A stretch of DNA of 64,000 bases from NCBI GenBank assembly GCA_049999805.1, contig JBNGIO010006371.1, positions 469,049 to 533,048 on the forward strand, read 5' to 3'. A program made the translations under genes and the position numbers. The stretch's first letter is position 1, and each line of letters begins with the position of its first letter. The DNA is from Folioceros fuciformis. Its lineage: Eukaryota. Positions 24,688-37,720 of the stretch are shown piece after piece. Under the pieces are notes generated by a model. That model did not search any database and was not told the DNA's origin. It saw nothing but the letters and a program-made list of their open reading frames with translations.

Positions 24688-25295
24688 ATGTGTATCTGTA
24701 TTGTGTGAATCTATGAATCTGTCCTTTAGCTTACCATCACAGATTTGGAGGTTAAGAATTAGAGGTTGATCTAGCTTATCATGATATATTTGGAGATTAA
24801 GAAGTAGGGGTTGATCTAGCTTACCATCACAAATATGGAGATTAAGAAGTAGAGGTTGATCTAGCAATGTGTATCTCTGTTGTGTGAATTTGCCCTTCAG
24901 CTTACCATCACATATTTGGGGATTAAGAAATAGAGGTTGATCTAGCAATGTGTATCTGTGTTGTGTGAATCTATCCTTCAGCTTACCATCACATATTTGT
25001 AGATTAAGAAGTAGAGGTTGATCTAGCGATGTGTATTTGTGTTGTGTGAATCTATCCTTCAGCTTATCATCACATATTTGTAGATTAAGAAGTAGAGGTT
25101 GATCTAGCGATGTGTATCTGTGTTGTGTGAATCTGTCCTTCAGCTCACCATCACATATTTGGAGATTCAGCTTACCATCACTTATTTGGAGATTAAGAAG
25201 TAGATGTTGATGTAACGATGTGTATCTGTGTTGTGTGAATTTGTCCTTTAGCTTACCGTCACATAATTGGGGATTAAGAAGTAGAGGTTGATCTA
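24688..25295. repeat. Minisatellite with 81-bp unit and 45-bp truncated variants
   Basis: The TCTAG anchor within GAGATTAAGAAGTAGAGGTTGATCTAG recurs at 24770, 24815, 24860, 24941, 25022, 25103 (spacings 45, 45, 81, 81, 81). Confidence 0.95.
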
Positions 25296-25305
25296 CAAGA
25301 CTGCA

Positions 25306-26126
25306 ATGGCAATAGGGGATGCCAACCCATACACTATGCACGTTCCTTCTTGGCTCCTACATTGTTTGTCCATTCGAAATAAGTTCTACCCCGTGGCACT
25401 TGAAAGTGAAGAAGGTTCTAAGGGCAAGAGGCAAACTGATCACAACGATGAAGAAGAGTCCGACAGCAAGAGGAGGGCCAGGCCTTGCAAGTACCATGAA
25501 CAAATAAACTTGAGAGATGCAATTTTGCAAAAGTTTTGTATCTCTTGCAACAAAGGACCACTTTGTAAAATTGGAGTTGAAATGAACCATGCCAACCACG
25601 AGATATTTCATATAAGGAGAAACAACTACAAGGCATGCATCAACTTGGAGGAGAATGCAGACTTACTTAAGGCTCATGACGTTGATCTATCACGGATCAA
25701 CACATTTCAAAATGGTTCTCTCATCGTCTACTTGTTGGCCTCACAGCCACCACCAGAGAGACAGAGTTTAACATCTGGGACATTCCATAGTTGCAAAATA
25801 TGTAAGAGGGCCATGAAGAAGAAACCTGATGAAGACATAAAGCCTTTGTTCTGTAGCATCAATTGCAAAGTTGAAGCTAGCATGAAGAAAAGGATAAAGG
25901 CTCAGATTGCCTTCAGAAGAAATATGCAAGGGGATTTCAATTTTAGAAGGAGGTGAGTATTGGTTTTGTTGTATCTTGTCCCTTGTGCTCCTTTTGGGTT
26001 CTTCAGTAATGCTCATTGATTGGTTTCATGGTGGAGTATGATTCAATGTGATTTTCATACTAATGTTTGCATGATCCTTGCAGGCCTCGAAAAGGAAAGC
26101 CTAGACAAGCGGTAATCAATAGGTAA
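25306..26126 (+). CDS. Divergent PLATZ zinc-dependent DNA-binding protein, 2 exons
   Basis: Exons 25306-25952 and 26084-26126. PSWL...CKYH...FCISC...LCKIG...HANHEIFHIRR, then CKIC...FCSINCK and a C-terminal RRRPRKGKPRQA resembling the PLATZ RRKGxPxRA tail. Confidence 0.8.
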
Positions 26127-28832
26127 AAGTTCAAGAGCATCTACACTTTGTGGTGGTTTTAAGATACAAGTATTGATAGTACTTGCTTGTGTACATTCTA
26201 GCATTAAAAACATATGCCATGACATGCTACTGTGCTATAAAAATTGGGCTAAGGTTTCATCTACAGGATTTCAAATGCCTATTATTGTCCTAATTAACAT
26301 TCTAATAGCTCCTTAGTTGTACAATTTACTAGTTAGACATATTGAACTAGTTAGCACTTGGTTCTCATGATGCTCATTAACAATGATAAAATAGATTACA
26401 ACTTGGTGTGAAATCGCTACAAACATTTTCTTTTCAAAAACATGATAATAATAACGGAACAACTTTGAGTTACATGTGAAATTGCTCTTCCATTGAACAT
26501 ACATCATTCGATAGAGATATATACATCATAGAGATAAATACATCATCGAAGAATCTTGATACATATACCATGTAATCTTCACCAATATTGTACACAAAGT
26601 CTCGACCTCCTCTCTAGCAAATGACCTTCATTTGAGAAGAACAAGATTAGAAACCCATTCACCTCTTTTCGATCGGAAATCCATCTACCCAAAAAGAGGT
26701 GAGACAAACTCGACCCATCTGCCCCTCAAGATATGAGACAAACCACCAAAGGTGACTACACCACTAGGGCTAGCAAAACTAGCCCTCTTCTCTCAGAATA
26801 CAAACTGGAATGCATACGCTATCATCTTTTCTCTTTCAGGGCACTCACCAATAGGGTCTCAAGGCCTTGCGTATAGATCCTGTTCATCATAATGCACATC
26901 AAGGAGATCCAGATCAAGTGGGGCCAGGCTGTCCTACTTGCTTATTAGTAGTAGCCATTGGATAGAATAGGAGAGGCAAGAAGTCCAAGGGTCCAAGGTC
27001 TTGCTCTTTGGAAACATCTTGGCAATTACAAAATTGAGGCAACTCTTAGAGTGCCCTCCCAACATACTTTACTAAATACTATTATGGCAAAGGCAACTTG
27101 TGCACTTCTAGGCTACAAGGCACTTCCACACTTGTAAACACCTTGCTTTCAAAGGTATGGTTCCAGCTAAGATGACAATTCAACTTTAATGTTATCACCA
27201 TGTGCGAGCGTTGAGGCTAATCGCACGAAGGATCATGACAGCCATCCTCAACCGGGGGAGGTGCAATGGGAGAGGTGGGCATGAGCGGTGAAAGCTCGAC
27301 TGCCAATTTTGTGTCGTGCAAAGTCTTTCAATTCTTCTGAAGATGAGATGGCGGGTCGTGGACTGATCGGTTACCAGGGAGAATGGAGATGATGTAAGTC
27401 CGGGCAAGTGCCACCTTTGGGCAGTTGCCCGCATTTAATAACCTGAGGAGTTTTAGGAGCCACCCATCTCGGAGACAATTTCCGACACTTTTACAGCACT
27501 ATGCGCATGTCCGAGATTCCAACTAAAGCTAGGATAAAGCCGAATGCCACGCTTGCGAAGATGTGCCCCAAGGATGTCCAGGCAATATGGGGTAACAGCG
27601 GAGGTGTACAGCAAAGTAGAGGATGTACAGTATGTACTTTGATTAGCAGGACTCCAGGCAAATGCAGAGTCCGTCAAACTGACTGACGGGTGAAGAAGAC
27701 GACGTACAACATGCTTCCTGAGTTGCCACGGATTTGTGTCAGACAGTGCGTAGCGTGGAGAAACGAGGAGGCCACTTTCGGTTTTTGGCCCTTCTGTGCT
27801 ACTGACAGACATCCCACGCACGAAGCACCTGTGAGCCGAAAGTGGCGCGACCGAGGCCATGCCGGGCAATGCCTACAACGTCACACAACGTGGACCTGGT
27901 GCTGCTTGTGAGAAGTTCCGTCTTCAACTTGGCGCGCAGCTTTCGATGCCTTGGCTGGCTGGACTTAAATTATGCGTTTGTGCTGTGGCGTCGGGAGTCG
28001 CTGGGGCTGGTAAGATGAGTTTGTGCGTGTGTCCATTTCGGCCGGGTAGCATCTGTTAGGTGCAGGACATGTGGATGTGACCGTGGAAGGCAATGGAGCG
28101 AACATGCTTGTGTTTGACTGTCTCTGTCTGTCAGCGAGCAGCTCTTTTTCTGCATTCAATGTCCGATCACCATTTCGGTGCACTTCCTTCCTACTTCTTC
28201 ATTTCCTCCTCCTGCCGTTCTCCATGTCATCCGGCTTCTCCCTCTTCGACTCTCTCGGCAGCTCTGTTGCCTGTCGCGAATCGTTTGAATGTTGATGTTC
28301 GAATGTCAGTTGTCGGGGGTGGTTAGGTGGATTCAATTCGACGGTGCGTTGCATCTCATTCCGGTGTGCTGTATTTCAGGTCAGACTGTGGCCGGCCGCG
28401 GATGGCAGCAGAGGGAAATTCGATGCAGCTCTAGACAGTGCCTCATGTGCAGTCTTGCAAGCTGAGATTTCTGACGTCCAGGCCATTTCTCCTGGATGTG
28501 CCGCCGATTTGGCTGGCGCTCATGATCAGTGCAATACGAAGCTTTGCTGTCCACTTGATTCTTTCTCCTCGGGATTTTTCAATCCCTTGCTCCTTGGATT
28601 TCCATTGCATTACTGTTGGCATCTGCATTCGTAGCTTTCCTGCATTTAAGTTTCTTCTTCTTCTGCTCCTTCTGCTTTGGCAGACGCCTGCAAAGTTGTC
28701 CTCCTTCTCTTCGGGATTGACGTAGAGACAGATTCGAGGGAGGCGTATCTCTTGCTCGATCTGCAGCCTGAGCGCCGCGGAGTCAATTCTTTTAATTGTG
28801 CTGGTAGAGCTGCTTTGTTGAATCGTTTCACA

Positions 28833-30436
28833 ATGCATGCCAGACTAGCGTACATTCTGTCGCTCGCCGCGCTTCTTTGTCCACTTGTGTGCTCCGAGTT
28901 TGCGCAATCGGAAAGGCACACAAATTCCGAGATTGGCAAGAGCTGGCAACCCCATGGCAGCACCTGGGAGGAGGATACAATTCACGAGTTCAAGCAATGG
29001 ACTGAGGAAACTGGACCGGGCGCCCAGACGAAGCGCGAACAGCTGGAAAGGGAGATTCTGGAGCGCACAACGGGCAGATCGCAAAGTGACCCGTTTCAGA
29101 ACGAATTTGCAGGCGCCCGTTGGCTTGTGGTTGATCAACGTGGGAGGGGCAACTTCCGTACTGTGCAAGCGGCAGTGGATGCTGTCCCAGAAAACAACGG
29201 AGTGCAAGTTGTCATCCAAATCAACGCAGGATTATACAAGTAAGTTGTCTGCTAATTGGGCTAAATGACAATGTTAATTTTGCAGTCGCCGTGGTGCATC
29301 CGCTTTCGGAAAAAGGTAGCGAAGTAGGTGAATCAATAAACACGCGGTCGCTGCTTTGAACAGGGAGAAGGTTTTCATTCCGTATAACAAACCTTACATA
29401 AAGTTTCAAGGTGCGGGAAGGGAACTGTCAGTGATACAGTCCAGTGGCACGGCAAGGAGTGAAGGAGGGACAGCCAACAGTGCAACGGTGTACGTCAATG
29501 CAGACAACTTCATAGCTGTGGGCGTTGGATTCCGGGTATGCCTTGGGAAACGGGAGTTGGAGGGTGGGTTTCTCACCACGGACGATGTACTGACAAAGGA
29601 ATGTGTTTTATAGAATGCAGCGCCATTGCCTGATCCTGGCGCGCAAGACCAGCAAGCTGTGGCATTGCTTCTCAACGGTGATAAGCATGCCTTCTACCAG
29701 TGTGGAATCTACGGTGCCCAAGACACGTTGTTCGATTACATAGGCCGCCACTACTTCAAGGAGTGCTTCATTGAAGGCTCCATTGATTTTATATTTGGCA
29801 ACGGACAGTCCATGTTTGTTGTAAGTTCAGTTGGCATATTTCCCATGCTTTTTTCCTGAGTTTTGTCATCTAGTGCTACCAGATGGCAAGTCCTCCAGGT
29901 TAACATATCATTCAGCAAGCTCATAGTGAAGGTCCTGGAGTTGTGCAGGGTTGTCAGCTCCACTCGATTGCACGGTTCACAGGATCATTGACAGCTCAGA
30001 AAAGATCAAGCCCTAAGGAGAGCACTGGTTTCATTTTCATTAATTGCAAAATCACGGGATCAGGACCTGTATACTTGGGACGAGCATGGGGAGCTTACTC
30101 TAGGGTAGTATTCATGTATACTTACATGGATGACATTGTGATACCTGAGGGCTGGTATGACTGGTCTCAGCCAAGCAGACAGAGGTATGTTGCGAACGAA
30201 CGCACGGTCTGAGATGCTGTTTCTGAGAAAAGATGCATTCATTCATTCAGTAGCCTACGCTTACAGGCCGCTCTTCTCTCCGCAGGACTGTTTACTATGG
30301 GCAGTACCAGTGCTCTGGGCCAGGGTCTAATTTGGCTCGGCGCGTACGGTGGTCTCACGAGCTCTCTGACGGAGAAGCCAGACCTCTCAAGCAGATCAGC
30401 TTTATCGATGGACAGCAGTGGCTTAGTTCAACCTGA
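28833..30436 (+). CDS. Pectin methylesterase without PMEI pro-domain, 5 exons
   Basis: Exons 28833-29239, 29364-29535, 29614-29820, 29949-30184, 30286-30436. Signal peptide; motifs [37 protein letters not shown]. Confidence 0.95.
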
Positions 30437-31106
30437 AAGAGAAGGGCTATGCGTGGTTTCGTTGCTCGTGCCTAAGAGCTGGTCACATGGCATGCTGTTC
30501 GACGGGTGCCCCAGTGTTGCTGAAGCCAGCTGGGCTTCCTCGGATTCAACAGGTCAATTTCTTGACTGGACGGTGGCCACTGGCCACTGAGCAAGAAGGC
30601 ATATGTCAAATAAAGGGTCAAAGGAGGAGCAATTAATGTAAACTCACCAAGGCACTATGGCACTATGGTGTTCATCAATTATTGGTCACAAGGCCTGTAC
30701 GATACGCTATATGTACGTATGTATGTAATACGCGCAGGTAGTGGAGTTACGGTGTTTCGCCTCAACTGTTCGGAACAGGGGGTGATTGTTAAGCCCAGTG
30801 TTGAGTCACACAATTACAAGTCCTTGCAGCATTGCAGTTTCGAGGAGGTTTGAGGCTTCCCAGCCAAATATATTATTTCACATCTAGAAACCAAGATGTT
30901 ATTCTCAGTTCTGACAGGCACAAGTCCTGACAACAGCTCGGCGTCTAAGCTTCCTTTTGAAGTTATGTACCATGGAATCTGTGATTGCCCAGGATGAAGA
31001 AGAAAGTAAAATCTGTACATATTATGCTCCCTTAAAGTGGATGCATTCACTTAGCTTAGCTTCAGTTGTGGTAAGTATGGAAATCCAGTTGGTTGGCAGT
31101 AAGGAT

Positions 31107-32697
31107 TTAAATGCTGACCCAGCTCTTTCCATCAATAAAATCTGTAGTGAGGAATGGTGCAGCCTGAGAAGCTGTAAGTTTATGCGCCCAGGACACAAAT
31201 CCGTTGTCCACAGATCCAGGGCCGGAGCATTTGTAAAGCCCGTAAAACACCGTTCTGCACCAATGTTCACAAACGAGTGAGTGAGCTCTCAAATGCATAT
31301 ATATTACTTGCCTTGCGTTTGTTTCAAAGTTGGCGATAGCTTACTTCTGCCTGCTAGAATCTCCCCAGTCGTACCAGCCCTGAGGCACGATTATGTCGGC
31401 AATGTAAGTGTAGGAGAAAACGACTCGCGACGCCGGCCCCCACGCTCGCCCCAGGTAGAGCATTCCGGTTCCCGTCACCTTGCAATTAATGAAAGAAAAT
31501 CCTGTGTCCTCGGACGTGCTGCCTCTCTTCTGCGCTGTGAGGGAGCCGAATGTCTTGGCGATTGCGTGAAGCTCGCATCCCTGGAAAGGAAAGACAGGAA
31601 CCATTCTTCATCCAACGCTGCCTGCATTTGGCAGCAACCCTTTCACTCTGCGAAATTCAATTCGAATCGTACCGAGTACAGGGACTGGCCGTTGCCGAAG
31701 ATGAAGTCGATGGAGCCGACAATTTTGCAGTTCTTGAAGTAATGGCGGCCTTTATGATCGTAGAGAGTGTCCTGAGCACCGTAGAAGCTGCAGGAATCGA
31801 ACTGGGCTTTGTCCCCCGAGATTCGCAGCGCCACGGCCTGCTTTCCCACCGCCCCTGGAGGCGGCGCGGGTGCTGAGTTCTGCCACATTCAAGCGTGTCG
31901 GGTTGGTTAGAGAGGAGATTTGGAGCCGGACTTGCTGCGACTTGATCATGTTGTGCGAACTTCAGGCGGGTACCTCGAAGCTGATTCCTTGAGCTATGAA
32001 GTGGTCCGAGTTCACTGCCACGGAGGCACTCTTGTAGGTGCTGGAGTCCCCGGCAATGTCGTTCCAGGTGATTTTGGTGACGTCTGCGCCGGCTCCCTGG
32101 AATGTGATGTAAGGTTTGTTTGAAGGAATGTTCACCTTCTCCCTGCACAATTTCAAGAGAGTAAAAGCAAAATTTCATTGACCCCGTGAGCCACACTTGG
32201 GCTGTTGGGGAGAGCTGGTGGGGGTGAGAAAATTGAACAAGAGGACTGCCACAGACGATTTCTGAGGGACGAGCAGAGAAAGGAGGGTGAGAAGCGGGGG
32301 CATGGTGCCGAGCTCACTTGTAAGTGCCGGCAGCGATTTGAATCGTTATCCGGACGGTGCTGTGTTTGGGGACGGCGTCCACAGCGTCCTGGACCTTCTT
32401 GTAGTTGGCACCTCCATTCTTGTTGACGGTGATGATGTTGTCGACACCCTTCGCCAAGGAGACGCCATCCACGGTTTGCAAATCCGAGCTCGGCGCTGTC
32501 CTGTTTCCCACTCGTGCGATCCAGGCAAGGTACTCCGAGCGGACGCTCTCTAGATCCCCGGGAGTGAAGGGGTCCGGATGCTTCTTGTGGTGCTTGTGAT
32601 GCTTGTGGTGCTTGCTGGATCCCTCGGCCAAGGAGGGGTCGGTCAGCAGCACTGTTAGGATGAGCACCCAAGCCAGCATCGACATACGAGAAGCCAT
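31107..32697 (-). CDS. Pectin methylesterase without PMEI pro-domain, 5 exons, His/Lys-rich N-terminus
   Basis: Exons 32697-32318, 32142-31974, 31879-31673, 31580-31345, 31254-31107. Motifs [25 protein letters not shown]. Confidence 0.95.
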
Positions 32698-35049
32698 TGA
32701 AGCTTCCCACTGCCCTCTTGTTCTGAGTACGAGCTTCTCGTTCAGGTATGTCGCACGCTGCACCACATGCTCGATTACCGTGGACAGGGGCGTGGATTGG
32801 AATCCGCAAGGAAACCAAGTGTCCCTGAGGAGGAAGGAGTCCTCTCTGTCCTGGACTCCAGAGTCCAGGAGTCCTCTCAGCTTGGCTGTTGGGAGAGGAG
32901 ATGCAGATGGTGCGAAGGTCGAGAACGAAGGCAGAGACAGGCTGTATTTAAAGGTGCAGGAAGGAAGAGTCCTGTCCTGTTACATTCAACGGAGGAACGC
33001 ACCGGTGATAGCTAGCGAGCAGTGGATGCCGTGAGCATCATGTATACGAAGGAGAAAAAAAGAAAAAGGTAGAATCGGCAAACCAGGAATTAAGGCAGTC
33101 GGTGAGTGCTAGTTCCTGCAATTCCACAGCGCCTAGGTGGTGCACATTGTTGGCCCGAGATGTCCAGCTGCCGAGACCCAGGTGTCGCCGCCTAAGAGAG
33201 CATGGCCTGCTTCCTAATTGGACTTGAAGATTCAACAGAGAGAGAAAGCACGAGCGGTGGGTTGTAGCAGTTCATGTGCAGGTGGGCCAGATGAAATCTC
33301 GGCCCATCCCAGCCAGCAGCGCTATCATGTCTGGTCTGTCTCCGGGTAATGTGCCTTGACAGCCAATAGGGTGAACAGTCCCTGAGATTTTTCCCTGCTG
33401 TCTTACCTTCGCTTGCTGGCAAAGGCGGTGAAATTGGGATGCGGAGGGATTCAAGGAAAGGAAACCCAATCCCACAAGAGACTTACATACCGTATATTCA
33501 TCATTTCCCATAATTCTCATGCTTGTAGCACAGTGAGGCGGGAAGCTTGGGGTCCGCTTCCTGATCTGGGCTGGACACGTTCCTGCTGCTCTGGACTGAT
33601 GACTTTGTGTATGTTAGGACTCCAGAAGGGTGAATAGGGATGAATTAGAGTCCTGGGCTGGGTGACAAGCTTTACGAACCACAGCAACGGCATGATCTGC
33701 AGCTGAGCTGTCAGGTGTGGGCTCGATCTCTGTCCACGCAATGTAGCAGGTTCGTCCTCCCGAAGAAGCACCCATGTTGGCAGGTCTTGGGTCCGCCCCG
33801 TACTCGGACACTGAAACTCTCACCTTGTCAGACTGCAGTAAACCGGACAACTGGACCAGCACCACCCGTGCAGCTCTGTGAGAGATGATGCCTCCAATCT
33901 GCGGCAAATAACGGCGTCTGCCAGACAGCAGGTACACACTTTGCAGAAATTCCCAGGTGGCTGACATTCAAGGCAACACAAGTGGCACCAGGTGAGAGTT
34001 TTAGTGTCAGCAGTCTAGGCCCTGGGACTCGTGAAAGAGTCCCTGTCTCATAGGAAGCTTTGTTTGCAAACGTCACCGTAGGCGGTGTCGGGGATAGCCA
34101 AGGGTCTCCGACTCTCCTACCAGGCGCTGACGGTGGGTGCCAAAAGGGCTGCTTGCAGCACCGGTTTCCATCCACCTCTCACAGTTTTTTTAGCTTTTTC
34201 CCATCTCTCTACACATGGAAGACATGCATTTTCCTGCTCCATTCGGTTGCTGTGTCTCGCTGCCCACGCAGGAGCAAGAGAAGGAGCGGCAGAAGGAGAA
34301 GGCCCTGTTTCCGAGAAGCGCCCTCGTAACAGGCCCATTTCCCGAACCATCCACCGGCTCCCAATCTTTGTGACAACCTGTTTGCACCAGTGAAAGGATA
34401 GCACGAAAGGCTTCTCTGCTCTCCTGGACCAACCACCCCGGCTGGTGTCACCCAAGTTTTCGGGGGATTGGTGGCAGCCAACGGCCATGATGCTGTGCAG
34501 GCCACAAGGACCAAAATAATATTGCCATGTTTCTTTTGATCTCACTAGCATGAAGAAAAGATGCGGCCGCCTTGGTTTATGCAGGATCCAACGGGACAAG
34601 GCCATCCGGTAAGACGTGTACTCTCTTTGTTCCTTTCCTTTTCCCTGTCGGTTGTACTTTTCTCCCTCGTCCTCCCCCAGCCACTTGTAATGCCTTGACC
34701 TGTTTACCTGTGAGCGAGCCACGGCAACAATTGTTGTGGCAGAGGCGCGAGTCTACGCCTTACAGGACAGGATAGGGAAGGAAAGTTCTACACTCCTGAG
34801 TCTTGAGCTAGGTCTGCAGCAGACGTGGTCTTTGGGACAAGGATAGCAAGCGGACTACTGACCAGTGGTAACTTTCCAAAACTCCGCTGGGCTGTCCGGT
34901 GCTGGGCTAAGTGGTGGGGTACTCGCAAGCAAATGGACGAAGAAGTGTGGAGGTGGGCTGTTGCTGTTTCTGGTCCTGCTTGTCCTGCACCAGCTGTACT
35001 CCCTCCTCTCCAGCTGGAGTGAAAGTGGACGGCTGCAGGATGCTGCTTC

Positions 35050-37430
35050 CAACCTACCATATGGAACTTCTCGCACTTTCAAAGTTGGGATCGATGTGGA
35101 TGCAACAAACGGAGACCGGTTCCCAGCAGGCTCTTTCTCCAGGCGTTGTCACCACATAATTTCTCGAGGTGCTTGGCTTGGCATCCGGAATCTGGAATCT
35201 CTGGTGGGCTTTTGTCCATTCCTGTTGTTGTTCAATGCTTCTCTGGTAGCGATGGCCATGTGGTCACAACTGTAGGAAGTGCTGCCACTTGCGAATTATT
35301 ACAACACGTGCGCGAAGCTGTCGGATCACACAGCGAGATTACACACCGAGTTACAAACCTGACTGTGCGTGACACTGTAGCAGACGGAGAAGGTGAGGGG
35401 TCATATCTCTTGGGGAGTCAAGTCTCGTGACTGGTGAGCCGGCTGTGAAATAAGGCAACGCGATGACAGGGCCCCACCTGCCGAAGGGCGTCACGAGGGT
35501 GTGACATGTGCGCACTCAGCACCGGAGACATAGATTTATAGATTCATGCTTTCTATTTCACTCGCATGGTGGAGAGAGAGCTGTGTGCACACATCCTATT
35601 CTGCTTCTCCACAGGGACAATCTGCCAAGTGCCTGTTAGATAATCGAGAGATACCTGCCCATGGCTCAACAGGAGGAGCAAGAGAACCTGCTGGGCTGTG
35701 ATTCTCGGAACAATGCTCATCCCCTCGTCACATGCCACTTCGTATGGGACTTTGCGCTTCCTGATGAAGATGCTCCACCGTTAGCACCGAAGGTGGGTTC
35801 CGCTCTGCCATGTCTGTCATGGCAACACAGTGCAGAATGTAAGGACATCCATCTTCAAGTTCGCCTTCCACCCACCGAATGCCATCCACATCCACCCACC
35901 AAATGCCATCCACTGAGGAATGGATGACTAAGGACGTACAAGACACACTCTGGGCTACGTTTGCCTAAGGAGGTACTGTACAGGATGGAGTCGTCTACTC
36001 GGACAATGACAACTATGCGTGTCTGAGACGGCACGGTTTGAGGGAGGTTTTGCAAACCGCTCGCCAATGTGGCACTCCATCACGCACATTGGTCCATGGC
36101 TTGTGGATGATGCGTCATTGGGAAGGCCCGTACACATGTCGTCACCATGCTTCAAGGCCAAGGCGGCACAGCTGTAGGCATGCTCAAAGGGATGGTACCT
36201 GCAATCCTCTTTGCCCACAACTTCTCGGATCCACATTCCAGTGACCTACGTTAGAAAACTGTCTCCACCACGCAATGCAGAGTGCTACGCATCAGAGATC
36301 CTCAACGCTGGCCCAGATCCACTTTCGGGTACCGTGTATAGAGCCAAGCGTCACTGTGCGAACTCTGAAAATCATGCAATCGTTTGGGACCGGGTCTCTT
36401 GCAATTTCCACACTTTCTCACAGAACAGGCGGCTCAGCCCACACGCGTAAGAAACAACAGCATACAAAACACTTCCTATGTACATCCTTTCTCATTGTTG
36501 GTCGACACTCTGTGTAACCATCCTGTCCGACTCTGTTCGACAATCCAATCTGCAGCGATGGTACGCAAGAAAAGCACTATACAAAAGTCCAGCCTTTGGG
36601 AAGCGCTCTACACCCCAAACTCCTCATCGACGTGTTCCCGCAGGGTTGACAGATAGATTCAGCATGGTCAAAATCCTGTCTCCGGTTTTCCACCAAAATC
36701 TCTCTCACTGCCATTTGCACAACAACGTACAACGGTCTGCAAAGCTATGCGCGACGAGAACTCCCTAACAATCCCCTTCCCCTCAAGCTTAGCACGTCAC
36801 CTTGCCAAGCCCATAGATCTCAACTCACACACTGCACAGGCATCAGACCTTACACTTTACAGAAGCAAAGGCAAACCTGGCAAGCGAACGAGGCACACCC
36901 TTCACTTAAAACCCAGCTGAAAACCCTAGTCCAGCTGGGAATGCCTTCACCAGGACACAAGTTCCTCACTGTCCAAGGCCATCAAGGTCAACAAGCCGCC
37001 GTTGATCATGCGAACCTGACGTGATTGGCAAGAAACCCGAGCATCCAAGCTGGGAGAAACGTAGTTGCGTACATCCACTGTCAAGCATCGCTCACTTCCT
37101 ACGTCACGCGGACCTAGATCCTTGGCATTGAGGATCCGTTAGACTGATTTAAGAAAAGAACAAGATGCACGATGTCTCGTGCTTCCTCGAGGATACCCGC
37201 TCATATTATTAAACTTGTAAACGAGCTGACAATCTCCATATCCAGCGGGCTGTACGTCTTATCTTCTCCTGGACAACATCGTCTCCTTGCAGGAGGTCTC
37301 TCCCGGGGTGACAGTGTCTCCTGACAAGGGGTCAGCGGGTACTAAGTGTCCTAGACACGGCTCCCGGAATGTACCTGACTTATGCCGATCGACTCACAGC
37401 TAATTAGAAGGGCTTGGACAAGCCTGAAAG
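35050..37430 (-). mobile_element. Highly degenerate Ty1/copia-like remnants, possibly nested
   Basis: Minus strand: AMLDSGCTQ protease-like motif (~37066-37092), polypurine tract TTGAGGGGAAGGGGA followed by TGTTAG (~36765-36787), RT-like IVVIVRVDDSIL (~35985-36020), RNaseH-like AKHLE (~35163-35180). Boundaries approximate. Confidence 0.4.
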
Positions 37431-37720
37431 AAAACTGTTAGAAGCGACACAATTTTCTTCGCAGGTAGCCTTCCATGAGAGTTGGGGCTCACTTTGCCCT
37501 CCTTCCTTCGTCCTTGGGCTCTCTGTGCCGTCCTTCCTTCGTCCTTGGGCTCTCTGTGTCGAGCGTGATTTTAAGATACAAAGTACCTATCAAAATAAGA
37601 ACGCGATTAATGATCAACAAGAAAGCTACTACTACACTAAGCTATATCCTAAGCTACTACACTAGCTTTTCTGTTGTCTACTTTTTACATCTAGTTTTTC
37701 TCACCTAATTATACATCTGA

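Noticed and set aside
24688-25295. CRISPR-like appearance of the 81-bp array (also 52901-53099)
   Set aside because: No unique spacers, no cas genes, eukaryotic context.
26766-26786. Hairpin AGGGCTAG-CAAAA-CTAGCCCT as a Helitron 3' end
   Set aside because: No terminal CTRR at the expected distance.
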